In this document: positions 46,940 to 56,762 of the stretch, in pieces
How the letters are laid out: the number at the start of each line of letters is the position of its first letter
How positions within the stretch are numbered: the stretch's first letter is position 1
From: an uncultured virus (IMG/VR IMGVR_UViG_3300027542_000008)
Lineage: Duplodnaviria; Heunggongvirae; Uroviricota; Caudoviricetes
DNA length: 64,000 nucleotides
Virus record (IMG/VR): IMGVR_UViG_3300027542_000008
Coordinates: 1 to 64,000 of that record
Strand: one strand, 5' to 3'
The notes under the pieces: generated by a model
The model's input: only the letters and a program-made list of their open reading frames with translations
The model's database searches: none
What the model was told of the DNA's origin: nothing
Program-made: the position numbers and the translations under genes

Positions 46940-47050
46940 ACTCCTTGTTTGATTTAGGGGTTAATACCCCGTTTGATTTCCGATTTTTGCGTAACGAACC
47001 CCAGCCCGGTGTCCAATATAAAAATCCACAGAGATTTCATACCCCCTACC
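46940..47050 (-). other. Probable cos/packaging region
   Basis: HNH-terS intergenic region with GC-rich caccgggctgggg core; position typical of cos phages. Confidence 0.45.
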
Positions 47051-47053
47051 CGG

Positions 47054-47413
47054 TCAATATTTGTACTCAGGATTGGTTTCCTCCCGGAGTGTTTTTTCAT
47101 CGTGGCACTTCTTGCATAAGGGTTGCCAATTCGAACGGTCCCAGAACAGTGTTCGGTCCCCGCGGTGAGGCACAACATGGTCCACAACTGTTGCCGGAAT
47201 AAGCCTACCTTTGCGTTGACATTCTGCGCACAAAGGATGCTCTTTTAAGTATGCTTTGCTTGCCTTGCGCCATTCATAGGTGTAACCACGTTCTTGCGAT
47301 GGGCGGGTAAATTCTTTATGCAAAGGCAGGTGCTTGGCGCAGAACATCTTTCCCGGCTCTACCAGCTCAGGGCAGCCAGGATGCTTGCACGGCACCTTCG
47401 GACTTCTGGGCAA
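47054..47413 (-). CDS. Terminase-associated HNH endonuclease
   Basis: PLCAEC...VDHVVPH...NWQPLCKKCH. Confidence 0.92.
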   Translation of the reverse strand: MPRSPKVPCKHPGCPELVEPGKMFCAKHLPLHKEFTRPSQERGYTYEWRKASKAYLKEHPLCAECQRKGRLIPATVVDHVVPHRGDRTLFWDRSNWQPLCKKCHDEKTLREETNPEYKY

Positions 47414-47486
47414 ATGTGCCTCCTTTCGGAAATAAAAAAATGCGCATAAAATTTACGCGCATTTCTGTTTCATTATTTTTTTACGA

Positions 47487-47557
47487 TTATATCATACCAC
47501 ACTGAGCGGCGGCTCATCACGGTTCAATGGGGTTCATTTTAGCTCATCACGGTTCAA
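47487..47557 (-). promoter_or_regulatory. Late promoter with direct-repeat activator sites
   Basis: gctcatcacggttcaa at 47512 and 47542; extended -10 TGATATAAT with no good -35. Confidence 0.65.
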
Positions 47558-47592
47558 CTTTATAACCCCAGCATGCTTTGAAAAAGGGGCTA

Positions 47593-47958
47593 TTATTTTT
47601 TATCGGGGTTTAAGCTCTTATTATTGACAAGTTCATCCATTAAAGCAAACCATTTTTTATGCTTATCGGAAACTGCGAAGATAATTTCTTCACCTTCCAA
47701 GGTTGTGACTATCAATGCTTTTCTGTTTAATCGAAAGCGACCTTTTATCGCAGAGGCAACTTCATTATACGGCAAGACAAGATAAAATTCTTTTGAAGAA
47801 ATTAAATCAGAAATACCTTTTACAAGCCCACCACGGACATAAGTAGAAAGAAATCCACGTTTATTAAAAACGAGTCCTTCATCCGTTGCTACACATTCTC
47901 CGAGTATTCCTTTCCCGCCTCGCCACATATTAGTAACGCTGGATAATAAAACTTGCAT
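47593..47958 (-). CDS. Hypothetical protein (possible PH-like fold)
   Basis: 121-aa ORF with RBS ggagg. Confidence 0.6.
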   Translation of the reverse strand: MQVLLSSVTNMWRGGKGILGECVATDEGLVFNKRGFLSTYVRGGLVKGISDLISSKEFYLVLPYNEVASAIKGRFRLNRKALIVTTLEGEEIIFAVSDKHKKWFALMDELVNNKSLNPDKK

Positions 47959-47987
47959 ATCTTCCTCCGTAGCATTTTAATATTCTG

Positions 47988-48392
47988 TTATTCTTCGTTC
48001 CCGCCATCAAACATAAGCAAAGGAAGCTGTGTCAGCTCTCGCATCTTTTTGGAAGCAGCTATGAGGTCCTTTTGTATAGGCACAAGCGAACCCCCGATTT
48101 TTATGATTTCACCATTGACGGTTTCCGCACACAGCCCCCAATTTCCAACATCGGTTACTTCAATAAAACTCTCTTCGGAAATTCCAGCTTCAATCATGCT
48201 TAGAATGTTTTGTGCTTCTTCCTTCGGTATTTTGAAACGCTTGTATTCGATGCGATGCCCAGCAAAATTATACCGAACTAAAACCGCACCTCCTTCCGCG
48301 GTAATAGAGAGCCTTTGCTCAACTTCATCATCCATTGCCGGCGGCGGTCCATAGCATATTGAGTTTGAAATAATTTTTAACTTTTTCAGCAT
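47988..48392 (-). CDS. Hypothetical protein
   Basis: 134-aa ORF. Confidence 0.6.
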   Translation of the reverse strand: MLKKLKIISNSICYGPPPAMDDEVEQRLSITAEGGAVLVRYNFAGHRIEYKRFKIPKEEAQNILSMIEAGISEESFIEVTDVGNWGLCAETVNGEIIKIGGSLVPIQKDLIAASKKMRELTQLPLLMFDGGNEE

Positions 48393-48402
48393 AGATTTTT
48401 AA

Positions 48403-48708
48403 TTAAATACCGTTCAGTTTATCCTTGAGATAGCCGCCTGCGTTTTTGTATTCTTTAAGTGAAATCCAACCATCAACCGCTACTGCTTTTAAAGGGTTTT
48501 TGGTATCGCGGTAATATGCCTGATTATGCGGCGTGAGTTTTACTTCCACTGTTTCGAAGCTGTCTGTCGCTGCAAGTTTGAACAGTTCTTCAAGGAATAC
48601 CGGTCCTTCACCGGTGTGGCAAGGATACTGCTTTTTCACTCCAAGAATCTGAGACTCAAGCCGTATTTCTACCGGCACTTCTATCGGGTTATAATATAAT
48701 TTTTTCAT
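48403..48708 (-). CDS. Hypothetical protein
   Basis: RBS aggag. Confidence 0.6.
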   Translation of the reverse strand: MKKLYYNPIEVPVEIRLESQILGVKKQYPCHTGEGPVFLEELFKLAATDSFETVEVKLTPHNQAYYRDTKNPLKAVAVDGWISLKEYKNAGGYLKDKLNGI

Positions 48709-48859
48709 TTTCTTTTGCTCCTATTTTTCGTTTAATTTCTGCCGCTATTATAGCATTAACTTAAAGAAAACACAACCGTTCAATGGGTGGCTTATCCGAG
48801 GAAAGCGCAGATTTATACCGGCGTTCACGATGGTAATACCGATATTTGTCACATAACTA

Positions 48860-48887
48860 TTGACAAAAACGCAAAACATGCTATAAT
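48860..48887 (+). promoter_or_regulatory. Sigma-A promoter P1
   Basis: TTGACA-16-TATAAT with TG extension. Confidence 0.75.
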
Positions 48888-48978
48888 AAAATCATCCCAT
48901 AAATGTGTTTGAAATGGCTTTGTTTTGCATATATTATTATGGGGTGGATAAAATGTTTTTCTTTTTTAAGAAAAACTA

Positions 48979-49007
48979 TTGCTTTTCAAGGAAAAATATG
49001 CTACAAT
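48979..49007 (+). promoter_or_regulatory. Sigma-A promoter P2
   Basis: TTGCTT-17-TACAAT with TG extension. Confidence 0.65.
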
Positions 49008-49012
49008 AGCAT

Positions 49013-49083
49013 TAAGGAAATATGGGCTGTTCATATGAACCGGGTCCACCTTCGGCGGGGATGTTCCCCGCCATTTTTATTTT
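49013..49083 (+). ncRNA. Putative small structured RNA upstream of DUF3800 gene
   Basis: Nested stem aagg/cctt, tgggct/gggtcca, gttca/tgaac, then terminator ggcgggga/tccccgcc + T run. Confidence 0.5.
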
Positions 49084-49096
49084 GTGGAGACAAAAG

Positions 49097-49786
49097 ATGA
49101 AAGAACTTAGCATCTTTATAGATGAATCGGGCGATTTCGGGTCTTATGAAGTTCATTCGCCGTTTTATATTTTTACACTGGTTTTTCACGATCAGTCAAA
49201 ATCAATACACGCACAAATTGAACATTTAAAAAGTAATCTCACGGATATGGGGTTGGATGATGACCATTGTTTTCACGCAGGTCCTATAATACGCAGGGAA
49301 GCAGATTATGCCAACATGGATATTCCTGAACGCAGAAGACTTATTAACCGTATTATTACCTTCACAAAAAAAGTCGATATCCAATATGCAGCATTCTACG
49401 TCGATAAAAAGCATATATCCGATTCTGTTTCATTAACCGTTGGTTTGTCAAAACAATTATCAGCTTTTATTAAAAACGAATATGCCTTTTTTGATAGTTT
49501 CGATAAAGTAATAATTTACTACGACAACGGACAAGTGGAACTGGGAAAGATGCTGGCAACTATTTTTACTGTACTTATCCCGCACGCGGAATTTCGTAAA
49601 GTTGTTCCCGCCGATTATCGCCTATTTCAAGTTGCCGATCTAATATGTACGATGAAGCTAATCAGTTTGAAAGCGGAAGTTCACACCCTTTCAAAATCGG
49701 AAAGTTCATTTTTTGGCTCTATGCGAGACTTAAACAAGAACTACATAAAACCACTTCGAACTAAACAGTATGGACATAAGAAATAG
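49097..49786 (+). CDS. DUF3800-family (RNase H-like) protein
   Basis: IFIDESGDFG...FHAG...LFQVADLIC. Confidence 0.8.
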   Translation: MKELSIFIDESGDFGSYEVHSPFYIFTLVFHDQSKSIHAQIEHLKSNLTDMGLDDDHCFHAGPIIRREADYANMDIPERRRLINRIITFTKKVDIQYAAFYVDKKHISDSVSLTVGLSKQLSAFIKNEYAFFDSFDKVIIYYDNGQVELGKMLATIFTVLIPHAEFRKVVPADYRLFQVADLICTMKLISLKAEVHTLSKSESSFFGSMRDLNKNYIKPLRTKQYGHKK

Positions 49787-49817
49787 AAGAAAGCCGATTT
49801 AGACTTTCTTCTATTTC

Positions 49818-50228
49818 TTATTTATAAACCTTTATTTTAGAAAGTGCCGATTTATACCAACGTTTTACGGTGCTAATACTGATGTTCAGCTCATAACCGA
49901 TTTCTTCAAGTTTCATATGCTGCATATACCGGTAAAGAAGCACACAACGTTCATCAGCGTTCGTCTGGGTTTCTATGGCATTTCTAATTTCCTCTTTTAG
50001 CGCTTCCAGCCGCTTCAGCTCGGAATTAATTCTTTCTTCCTGCTTCCATATCCGTTCCAGCGCCTTAACAAAAGGCGGTTCGCCACTGCTGCTACTTTTG
50101 ACACGCTCTCCGAGATTTGGCGAAGATATGCCGATGGATAATTCACGCAATGATTCAAGCTCCCGTAAATCATATTTAATTTGTCTGTCCAAATAGTACA
50201 CCTGGCTCAAATACTCGTGCGCGGTCAT
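49818..50228 (-). CDS. ArpU/RinA-like late transcription activator
   Basis: MTAHEYLSQ...VLLYRY...EEIGYELNISISTVKRW. Confidence 0.8.
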   Translation of the reverse strand: MTAHEYLSQVYYLDRQIKYDLRELESLRELSIGISSPNLGERVKSSSSGEPPFVKALERIWKQEERINSELKRLEALKEEIRNAIETQTNADERCVLLYRYMQHMKLEEIGYELNISISTVKRWYKSALSKIKVYK

Positions 50229-50229
50229 T

Positions 50230-50448
50230 TTATACCTCCTTCTGCAATCTTTCCATAATCGGTATTCCGTCCATACCGGATAGGGTTTGAAACCACTCCG
50301 ACCGGAAAAAAAACTCTATTTCCTCTTCTGCGGTTATTGCTTTTTCATACTTTGGATAGCTTTTCAAAACTTGCAGCACTTCTCGATAATCTTTCACGGC
50401 TTGCAAAACTATAGCATTTGCAAGACTCTCTACACACTCATTCGTCAT
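50230..50448 (-). CDS. Phage hypothetical protein
   Basis: LANAIVLQAVKDY...FFRSEWF. Confidence 0.75.
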   Translation of the reverse strand: MTNECVESLANAIVLQAVKDYREVLQVLKSYPKYEKAITAEEEIEFFFRSEWFQTLSGMDGIPIMERLQKEV

Positions 50449-50451
50449 CGA

Positions 50452-51798
50452 TTACCTCCAAAGCTCCGCTTTTACTGCATCAATTAGCGCATCCTGCGTT
50501 TTTTCTTTTTTTGCTATGGATTTCAAAATTTGCTCATCCAAAGTTCCTCCGGTTACGATGTGATGAACCACAACCGTTTCTGTTTGCCCCTGTCGAAGCA
50601 AGCGTCCAATTGTCTGCTCGTACAGTTCCAAGCTCCAAGTCAGCCCGAACCATATCAGGGTAGAACCGCCAGATTGAAGGTTCAAGCCGTGTCCAGCAGA
50701 AGCCGGGTGAATAAGTCCCACAGCGATCTTGCGCTGGTTCCAGGAATGAATGTCTTCCGATGATTTGATTTCTCTGGCTTCCGGGAACCTTGCTTTTATG
50801 CGTTCAAGGTCGTGTTTGAACCAGTATGCAACCAGGACCGGTTTGCCGTTTGCGCTCTCGATTAAATCTTCAAGTGCGTTCAGCTTTTCATCGTGGATGT
50901 GCAGGACCTTTCGCTCTTCACCGTACACCGCACCGTTTGCCATTTGAATCAGCTTATTAGAAAGTGCCGCCGCATTGACCGCATCAATCTCGCTGCTGTG
51001 TATATTCACAATCATGTCCGACTTCAGTTGCTTGTAAATTGCGCTTGCCTTTTCGTCCATTTCCACTTTCACGGTGTTCATCACCAGGGCTGGAAGATTG
51101 AGATAGTCTTTTGCACGCATCGAAATAGTGATGTCGGATATTTTTTCGTAGATTCGCTCTTCAGCACCCGGAAGCGGCTTGTATGAAAAAATAATCTGCT
51201 GATTTCGCTTATCGGGGGTAAAGTAGTTTGTCCGGTATCGCGTTATGTACCTGCCCAAGCGCTCACCCATATCAAGTAACCTGAACTCTGCCCACAAATC
51301 CATCAAACCATTGCTGGAAGGCGTTCCCGTAAGCCCCACAATTCTGGACACATACGGTCTTGCCCGAAGCAACGCTTTGAAGCGTTTTGCGCTATGAGAT
51401 TTGAAGGAAGAAAGCTCATCAATTACGACCATATCATAGTCGAACTCAACGCCGCTTTTTTCTATCAGCCACTCCACATTTTCACGGTTGATAATCGTGA
51501 TGTCCGCCGCCGCCAACAGTGCCGATATCCTTTCCGAAACGCTCCCGATTGCAATTGCGTAGGTCAACCCTTGCAGATGGTCCCATTTTGCAATTTCATC
51601 TTTCCAGGTATTTTTGGCTACACGCAAAGGTGCAACTACCAAAACCCTGCGAACCTCACCGGAAGTAATCAGGTGCTTGATTGCTGTTAAGGTTATAACA
51701 GACTTACCAAGTCCGCATTCAAGAAACACGGCAGCGACTTCGTTCTTTTCGATGAACCGCGTTGCATATTGTTGATATTCATAAGGTTCGTATTTCAT
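50452..51798 (-). CDS. SNF2/DEAD-like phage helicase
   Basis: GLGKS, IDELS, LTGTP, GHGLNLQ. Confidence 0.92.
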   Translation of the reverse strand: MKYEPYEYQQYATRFIEKNEVAAVFLECGLGKSVITLTAIKHLITSGEVRRVLVVAPLRVAKNTWKDEIAKWDHLQGLTYAIAIGSVSERISALLAAADITIINRENVEWLIEKSGVEFDYDMVVIDELSSFKSHSAKRFKALLRARPYVSRIVGLTGTPSSNGLMDLWAEFRLLDMGERLGRYITRYRTNYFTPDKRNQQIIFSYKPLPGAEERIYEKISDITISMRAKDYLNLPALVMNTVKVEMDEKASAIYKQLKSDMIVNIHSSEIDAVNAAALSNKLIQMANGAVYGEERKVLHIHDEKLNALEDLIESANGKPVLVAYWFKHDLERIKARFPEAREIKSSEDIHSWNQRKIAVGLIHPASAGHGLNLQSGGSTLIWFGLTWSLELYEQTIGRLLRQGQTETVVVHHIVTGGTLDEQILKSIAKKEKTQDALIDAVKAELWR

Positions 51799-52060
51799 TG
51801 ATGACCTCCTCTATTTTTTCTTCACTATCCAGGCAGTAAACTTTGAAGCCGAGTTTTCCAAGTTGCCATTTTCTCTTCCTCTGCAAAGGTCGCATATCCT
51901 TTCCGGTAGTTTTAGTTTCAACGAACGCCATCCGTCCGCCCGGCATCAGCACAATTCTGTCGGGAACCCCCGCGAAAGAAGGCGAGACAAATTTCAAGCA
52001 CATACCTCCTGAACGCTTGACTGCCTTTGCAAGTTTGCTTTCTATTTTCTTTTCTTCCAT
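51779..52060 (-). CDS. VRR-NUC nuclease
   Basis: GVPDRIV...FVETK...RPLQ. Confidence 0.9.
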   Translation of the reverse strand: MEEKKIESKLAKAVKRSGGMCLKFVSPSFAGVPDRIVLMPGGRMAFVETKTTGKDMRPLQRKRKWQLGKLGFKVYCLDSEEKIEEVINEIRTL

Positions 52061-52080
52061 ACTTCCACCTCCGAAATGAG

Positions 52081-52179
52081 GGTGAATGGTGGTGAACCGA
52101 GTTTTCTAAACTTTTTTATTTTTTCAGCTTTTATTATTTCTTAAAGTAATTTAGAATTTATGGTTCAACACCCTTCACC
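52081..52179. other. Putative phage replication origin
   Basis: Inverted repeat ggtgaatggtggtgaacc / ggttcaacacccttcacc (16/18) around AT-rich core, directly after primase gene. Confidence 0.55.
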
Positions 52180-52190
52180 GACAGTCTTGC

Positions 52191-54326
52191 TTACCTCAAA
52201 AAATCCTCTTCTGCCGTAGTACCAACAGCCCTGTCAGCCGACAAAGTTAACCCGCGCCACTCATTGCCGATTTTCGTATGCTTCATTTCGAACCCTGCGA
52301 CACGCAGCGCTTCCCCAAAATCACGGTTGCTCCGCACATATTCGCCGGTTTCGATAGCCCACGCCCTGTATGCCTTGTAAAGCACGCCCCCGGTTATTTT
52401 TTCAATCTCGCCAATAATGCAGCACTCTTCCAGGAAGCTGCGCAACCAGTCATTAGATTTTCTGTATTCCTTATTCGCTTCATCGACTACTGCACAAGGC
52501 GGCATCTGATAACCGCCGGCTATAAACTTTTTCGCGCCTTCGATAGCCCACTGCAACACTGCACCACTCGCCTGCTTTATAAGCGTTTCGGCATAGTCAC
52601 GCTGCGGGTTCTTGATTACCGCATTGAAAGGAAGCACAATGAGCCTGCGCCACGTTCCTTTGTCCATTGAACCCACCCTCGGCAGATGATTGGTATAAAG
52701 AACAATGCTGTGTGTCGGCGCGAATGTAAAAGGATCGTGATATTTCTTTTCTGCGGAAATCTCATCTACCGAAGCTATCTGCTTGAGCATACTGGTAGAA
52801 AGGCGCTGTCCTTCTTCCGTTTCGCTTGCTAAGACGAACCTCTTTCCGAGCATTTCAGCAAGGTCGACTTTTGCGTTCTTTGCTCTGGTAGTCAAAGATT
52901 CTGCGGGTATCTTTCCGGCATAATCGCCAAGCACCTCGTGAATAGTATTGAAAACGGTACTCTTGCCGTTCGCACCATCACCGTATGCGATGAACATTGA
53001 CTCGGCATAAACCTTGCCAATTACCATACCCCCTGCAATATACTGCAGATACTCCTTAAATTCGGTGTTATTCTGAGTTGCGCTATTGAGGCAGTCCTCC
53101 CATAATTCCATACCGTCCGTACTCGGTGCAACTTTCGTCATTTTGGTACAAAACGCTTCAGCTCTGTGCGCATAAGAAATCCCGGTTTTCAGGTCGATGA
53201 TGCCTTTCGGCGTGTTCAGTTCAAAGGGGTTACTGTCAAGCTCGGATACCGCAATTTCAAGCTGGCTTTCGGCGCAGTGCATTACCGCGACAATCTTGCT
53301 GTAATCGTTCATTTTATTTGCGAACTTGTAATATGCCAGCGCCTCCTTTACAAGCTGCTCATTATCCTTACCGGCTTTTTTATCTCCGTCTTCCAACGCC
53401 CCTTCACCCATATTCGCGTATGCATCTTTGACTGCCTGCCTTGCCGTTTCCAGAACCTTTTTCACAAACTCGATATAACGTTGCTTTGCTTTCAGTTCCG
53501 AAACTTCCCACTGCTTCCCGTTCCAAACCAGCCAACCCATCGCTTTGCTGAACCTGATCTCAGCGCCATATTCCCGAACGAACAGGTCTGCCATGCCGGT
53601 ATCGTTTTGTGCTTTCGGTTTTAACTGATAGCCGAAATCATCCTCAGCCGTAGAGCGTTCGATGTAATTTTCAAGCGCATCCTTGCGGGTGATTTTTTGC
53701 ATTTCTTCATCAGGAAGCGGTTCTGCAAACGCATACTGATTTATCTGGAAAAGAATAGTCTTCACTTCCATCGGAGTGAACCCGTTTCGAAGTAACGTTG
53801 CAGAATGCTTGAACAGCGCCCCATTTCTGCCATCACCTTCACCCATACCGGTAAAGCTCTGCCCACCCTTAATAGGTGAGAATGCTTTCGGGAAGGTATC
53901 CACCGGGCGAGTTTCATCAAAGTCACGGATTATCTCTCTTACTTTTCCCCCGCTTTTCAAGACAACGTACATATTCTTTCCGGTGCGGACATCAAACGTG
54001 AATCCGAAGGCATCTATTGCCTTGACCACGCCTTTCGTACAGAACTCACTGTTGCGGAACATAAAGTGTAATCCGCGCGTAGTTTTGTAAACACGGCAGT
54101 TTAGGTTCATTGCGCAAACCAGCGCATATACCCTTTCCGCTTCGCCGGCTTCATCCACATCCTTAACCGTGTATTCACCGTTTAATATCCCGGCGTATTC
54201 GTCTAACTTGCTCACGTCTTCAAGAGACAAAAGCGGTTCACCGTTTCCGAATTTTTGACAAGGATGTTTGTCCTTGGTTTTTACATATCCCCTGAAAGGA
54301 CTAATCATTTCATTACCTCCTGGCAC
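52191..54326 (-). CDS. P4/D5-family primase-helicase
   Basis: GDGRNG PriCT region; GDGANGKST Walker A; WRRL. Confidence 0.9.
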   Translation of the reverse strand: MPGGNEMISPFRGYVKTKDKHPCQKFGNGEPLLSLEDVSKLDEYAGILNGEYTVKDVDEAGEAERVYALVCAMNLNCRVYKTTRGLHFMFRNSEFCTKGVVKAIDAFGFTFDVRTGKNMYVVLKSGGKVREIIRDFDETRPVDTFPKAFSPIKGGQSFTGMGEGDGRNGALFKHSATLLRNGFTPMEVKTILFQINQYAFAEPLPDEEMQKITRKDALENYIERSTAEDDFGYQLKPKAQNDTGMADLFVREYGAEIRFSKAMGWLVWNGKQWEVSELKAKQRYIEFVKKVLETARQAVKDAYANMGEGALEDGDKKAGKDNEQLVKEALAYYKFANKMNDYSKIVAVMHCAESQLEIAVSELDSNPFELNTPKGIIDLKTGISYAHRAEAFCTKMTKVAPSTDGMELWEDCLNSATQNNTEFKEYLQYIAGGMVIGKVYAESMFIAYGDGANGKSTVFNTIHEVLGDYAGKIPAESLTTRAKNAKVDLAEMLGKRFVLASETEEGQRLSTSMLKQIASVDEISAEKKYHDPFTFAPTHSIVLYTNHLPRVGSMDKGTWRRLIVLPFNAVIKNPQRDYAETLIKQASGAVLQWAIEGAKKFIAGGYQMPPCAVVDEANKEYRKSNDWLRSFLEECCIIGEIEKITGGVLYKAYRAWAIETGEYVRSNRDFGEALRVAGFEMKHTKIGNEWRGLTLSADRAVGTTAEEDFLR

Positions 54327-54778
54327 TCTTCATTGAAGTACCTGATTCGAATTCCTCGCTTCTGTGCTTTTTTAATCTCGCGCAGCATTCCCGCAGACAT
54401 CCTCTCACCGAAAACCCACAATTCGCTGCACTTGGTTAGAAGCACCAAGCCCATATACATTCCGATTTCTCGGTCATCCGGGTTCGCATCGTTTAAAAAC
54501 TGAGTGAAGAATAGGTGCGGCGTTATTGGTAGAAAACCTTCATCAACCGCGAACTTTGAAAAGCGCCGTGCCTGCGCAGTATTACGGGCAATATCACCGG
54601 CATACGGAGAGCAGACATAAACCAAAGGACGGAACTTGTGTAGCTCACGTTGCTTTTCCATTTCCTCTTCCATTAGGTGAAGTTCAGCGTAATACTCAGT
54701 CGGGCTGGGATAACCTTCTTTGTTATAAAAACTTGGTTTCTTCATTGCCTCACTCCTTTTTGTAAAATGCGCACTCAT
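54305..54778 (-). CDS. DUF4406-like (nucleoside deoxyribosyltransferase fold) protein
   Basis: VYVCSPYAG...PHL...CSELWVFG...SAGM..EI. Confidence 0.75.
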   Translation of the reverse strand: MSAHFTKRSEAMKKPSFYNKEGYPSPTEYYAELHLMEEEMEKQRELHKFRPLVYVCSPYAGDIARNTAQARRFSKFAVDEGFLPITPHLFFTQFLNDANPDDREIGMYMGLVLLTKCSELWVFGERMSAGMLREIKKAQKRGIRIRYFNEECQEVMK

Positions 54779-56699
54779 AACCGTCCGCGCGAAGGTTCAT
54801 CGTCTCTGCCCACTCCGACGCTTCACCCATAATTGCACAAACTTCTTCCACGCTCGATTTGCCGTTTTCAACTTCAAGCACAACTTCATCGTGAATATGC
54901 ATCGTAATCTTGAACCCAGCATTATCCAGGCGCATCATAGCATCCGCCAGAACATCTCTCGCGGTTGCCTGCACGATATTCTCTACGAATTTCGGTCCGT
55001 AACTCTCGATACGTTCCCACTTCTTCGAAGCACCCAAACCTTCATAAGTAACACAATCACTGCCGAAATTGTTCACTCCAATTCGAGGTCTCACATACGC
55101 AAGCCGTCTACCGGAAGGAAGCTGAATAAATAAAATTCCTTTCTCATACGAGAATTTCAAACCATAGCATTCATAGGTTTGCTTGTTTGAAACTACATAC
55201 CGAACTGCCCTATCGACAGCCCACCAGAATTTTGTAATGTTCGGGTTTGAGCCGCGCCACGCCGCCACCAGCGGCTTCAATTCGGTTTCGGGAATTCCCA
55301 TTGCCGTTGCGCCCATTGCCTTCAGTGCGCCCACAGAGCCGCCGTAACCGAGCGCAAGTTCCGCTATCTTCCCTTTCTGGCGCAGGTGTCCGTTTACGCC
55401 GTTCTTTTGCACCGGAACGTGGAACATCTGGCTTGCTGATGCGCAATAGATATCTTCGCCTTTTGCAAATACATCCAAGCGCCACTGTTCGCCGGCGAAC
55501 CACGCGATTACTCGCGCTTCAATTGCCGAAAAGTCAGCAACTATAAATCTGCATCCCGCCTTCGGAACAAAAGCTGTTCTTATCAGCTCAGATAGCACGT
55601 TGGGAATATTTCCGTATTTTTTCTCAAGGCTATCGTAGTCATCGGAACGCACCAGTTCACGTACTGCCGGCAGATTTTCAAGGTGGTTTTGCGGCAGATT
55701 TTGAACCTGAATCAAACGCCCGGCATACCGTCCGGTCCGATTTGCACCATAAAACTGAATAAGTCCGCGTGCGCGATTATCGCTTCCGACTACATTCTTC
55801 ATAGCCACATACTTCTTCACGCTTGACTTCGCAAGTTCCTGACGGAGCCGAAGGATTTCTTCAATGTTCCCGGTCGCATCTTGCAAAAGGCGATTTACCT
55901 CCGCTTTTGAAAGCGATTCCACAACCTGCCCCTGCTCTATCAGCCAGGCTTTGAGCTGAGACGGTGAGTTGGGATTGTCAATTCCTGTAAGCGCACGCGC
56001 CTTCTCGGTTGCTGAGCCGGTGTTAACTTCATCACACCGTATCGCGTGTTCTACGAAGTCCATATCCAGCGCGATGCCGTAATCGTTGATACGCTGATCA
56101 AGGTGATAATTTCCCCACTCTCTTTCCGAAACCGGAAAAGCAGAAAGTCGCATTTGTATTTCTGCTTCCGCTTCCACATCGCGTTTGTTGTAAGTTTTGA
56201 AAAGTTCCCACTTTTCGCGGCTATGGTAAGGAAGATTTCTGGTTCTTTCACCGTTAATTTGCGAAGGTTCACATGGTTTGCAAAAATAACGGATGAGTTC
56301 CTTACCGACACCGAGCTTCTGTTTGTCAAGCCCCAGAACTGCTCCCACTTTTTCAAGCGAAAGAGGCAGTCCCAAAGTTGCAGCCCACACCATCGTGCAG
56401 AACCAAGATTTCGGGTCGATATATTTCCCCGTTGAATATCCCAGAAGCCGTGATAAACACACCCTTTCGAACTGCGCATTGAACGCAAATTTCCGTACCG
56501 ACTCATCGGTAAGCGCCAGCACGATATCGGGAGGTATCTTCTCTCCGCAGGCAAGGTCGATTACTTTAACTTCGCCACCGTCTACGGAATAAGCAAAAAG
56601 CAAAATTTCAAAATCATCACTTGCCGCATACCGGTAAACACCGGACTTCTGCAAATCAACGGAAGAATATGTTTCAATGTCAATGCTGATTGTTTTCAT
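54750..56699 (-). CDS. Phage family A DNA polymerase
   Basis: IDIETYS exonuclease; DFSAIEARV, KIAELALGYG, HIHDE. Confidence 0.93.
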   Translation of the reverse strand: MKTISIDIETYSSVDLQKSGVYRYAASDDFEILLFAYSVDGGEVKVIDLACGEKIPPDIVLALTDESVRKFAFNAQFERVCLSRLLGYSTGKYIDPKSWFCTMVWAATLGLPLSLEKVGAVLGLDKQKLGVGKELIRYFCKPCEPSQINGERTRNLPYHSREKWELFKTYNKRDVEAEAEIQMRLSAFPVSEREWGNYHLDQRINDYGIALDMDFVEHAIRCDEVNTGSATEKARALTGIDNPNSPSQLKAWLIEQGQVVESLSKAEVNRLLQDATGNIEEILRLRQELAKSSVKKYVAMKNVVGSDNRARGLIQFYGANRTGRYAGRLIQVQNLPQNHLENLPAVRELVRSDDYDSLEKKYGNIPNVLSELIRTAFVPKAGCRFIVADFSAIEARVIAWFAGEQWRLDVFAKGEDIYCASASQMFHVPVQKNGVNGHLRQKGKIAELALGYGGSVGALKAMGATAMGIPETELKPLVAAWRGSNPNITKFWWAVDRAVRYVVSNKQTYECYGLKFSYEKGILFIQLPSGRRLAYVRPRIGVNNFGSDCVTYEGLGASKKWERIESYGPKFVENIVQATARDVLADAMMRLDNAGFKITMHIHDEVVLEVENGKSSVEEVCAIMGEASEWAETMNLRADGYECAFYKKE

Positions 56700-56762
56700 A
56701 TTCCACCTCGCAGTTCGGTTTCAGGGGTGATAGGCTAACCTACCACCCCAACCGATAGAGCC

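Noticed and set aside
49022..49096. N-terminal extension of the DUF3800 ORF
   Set aside because: Spans a terminator hairpin; RBS ggag supports a start at 49097
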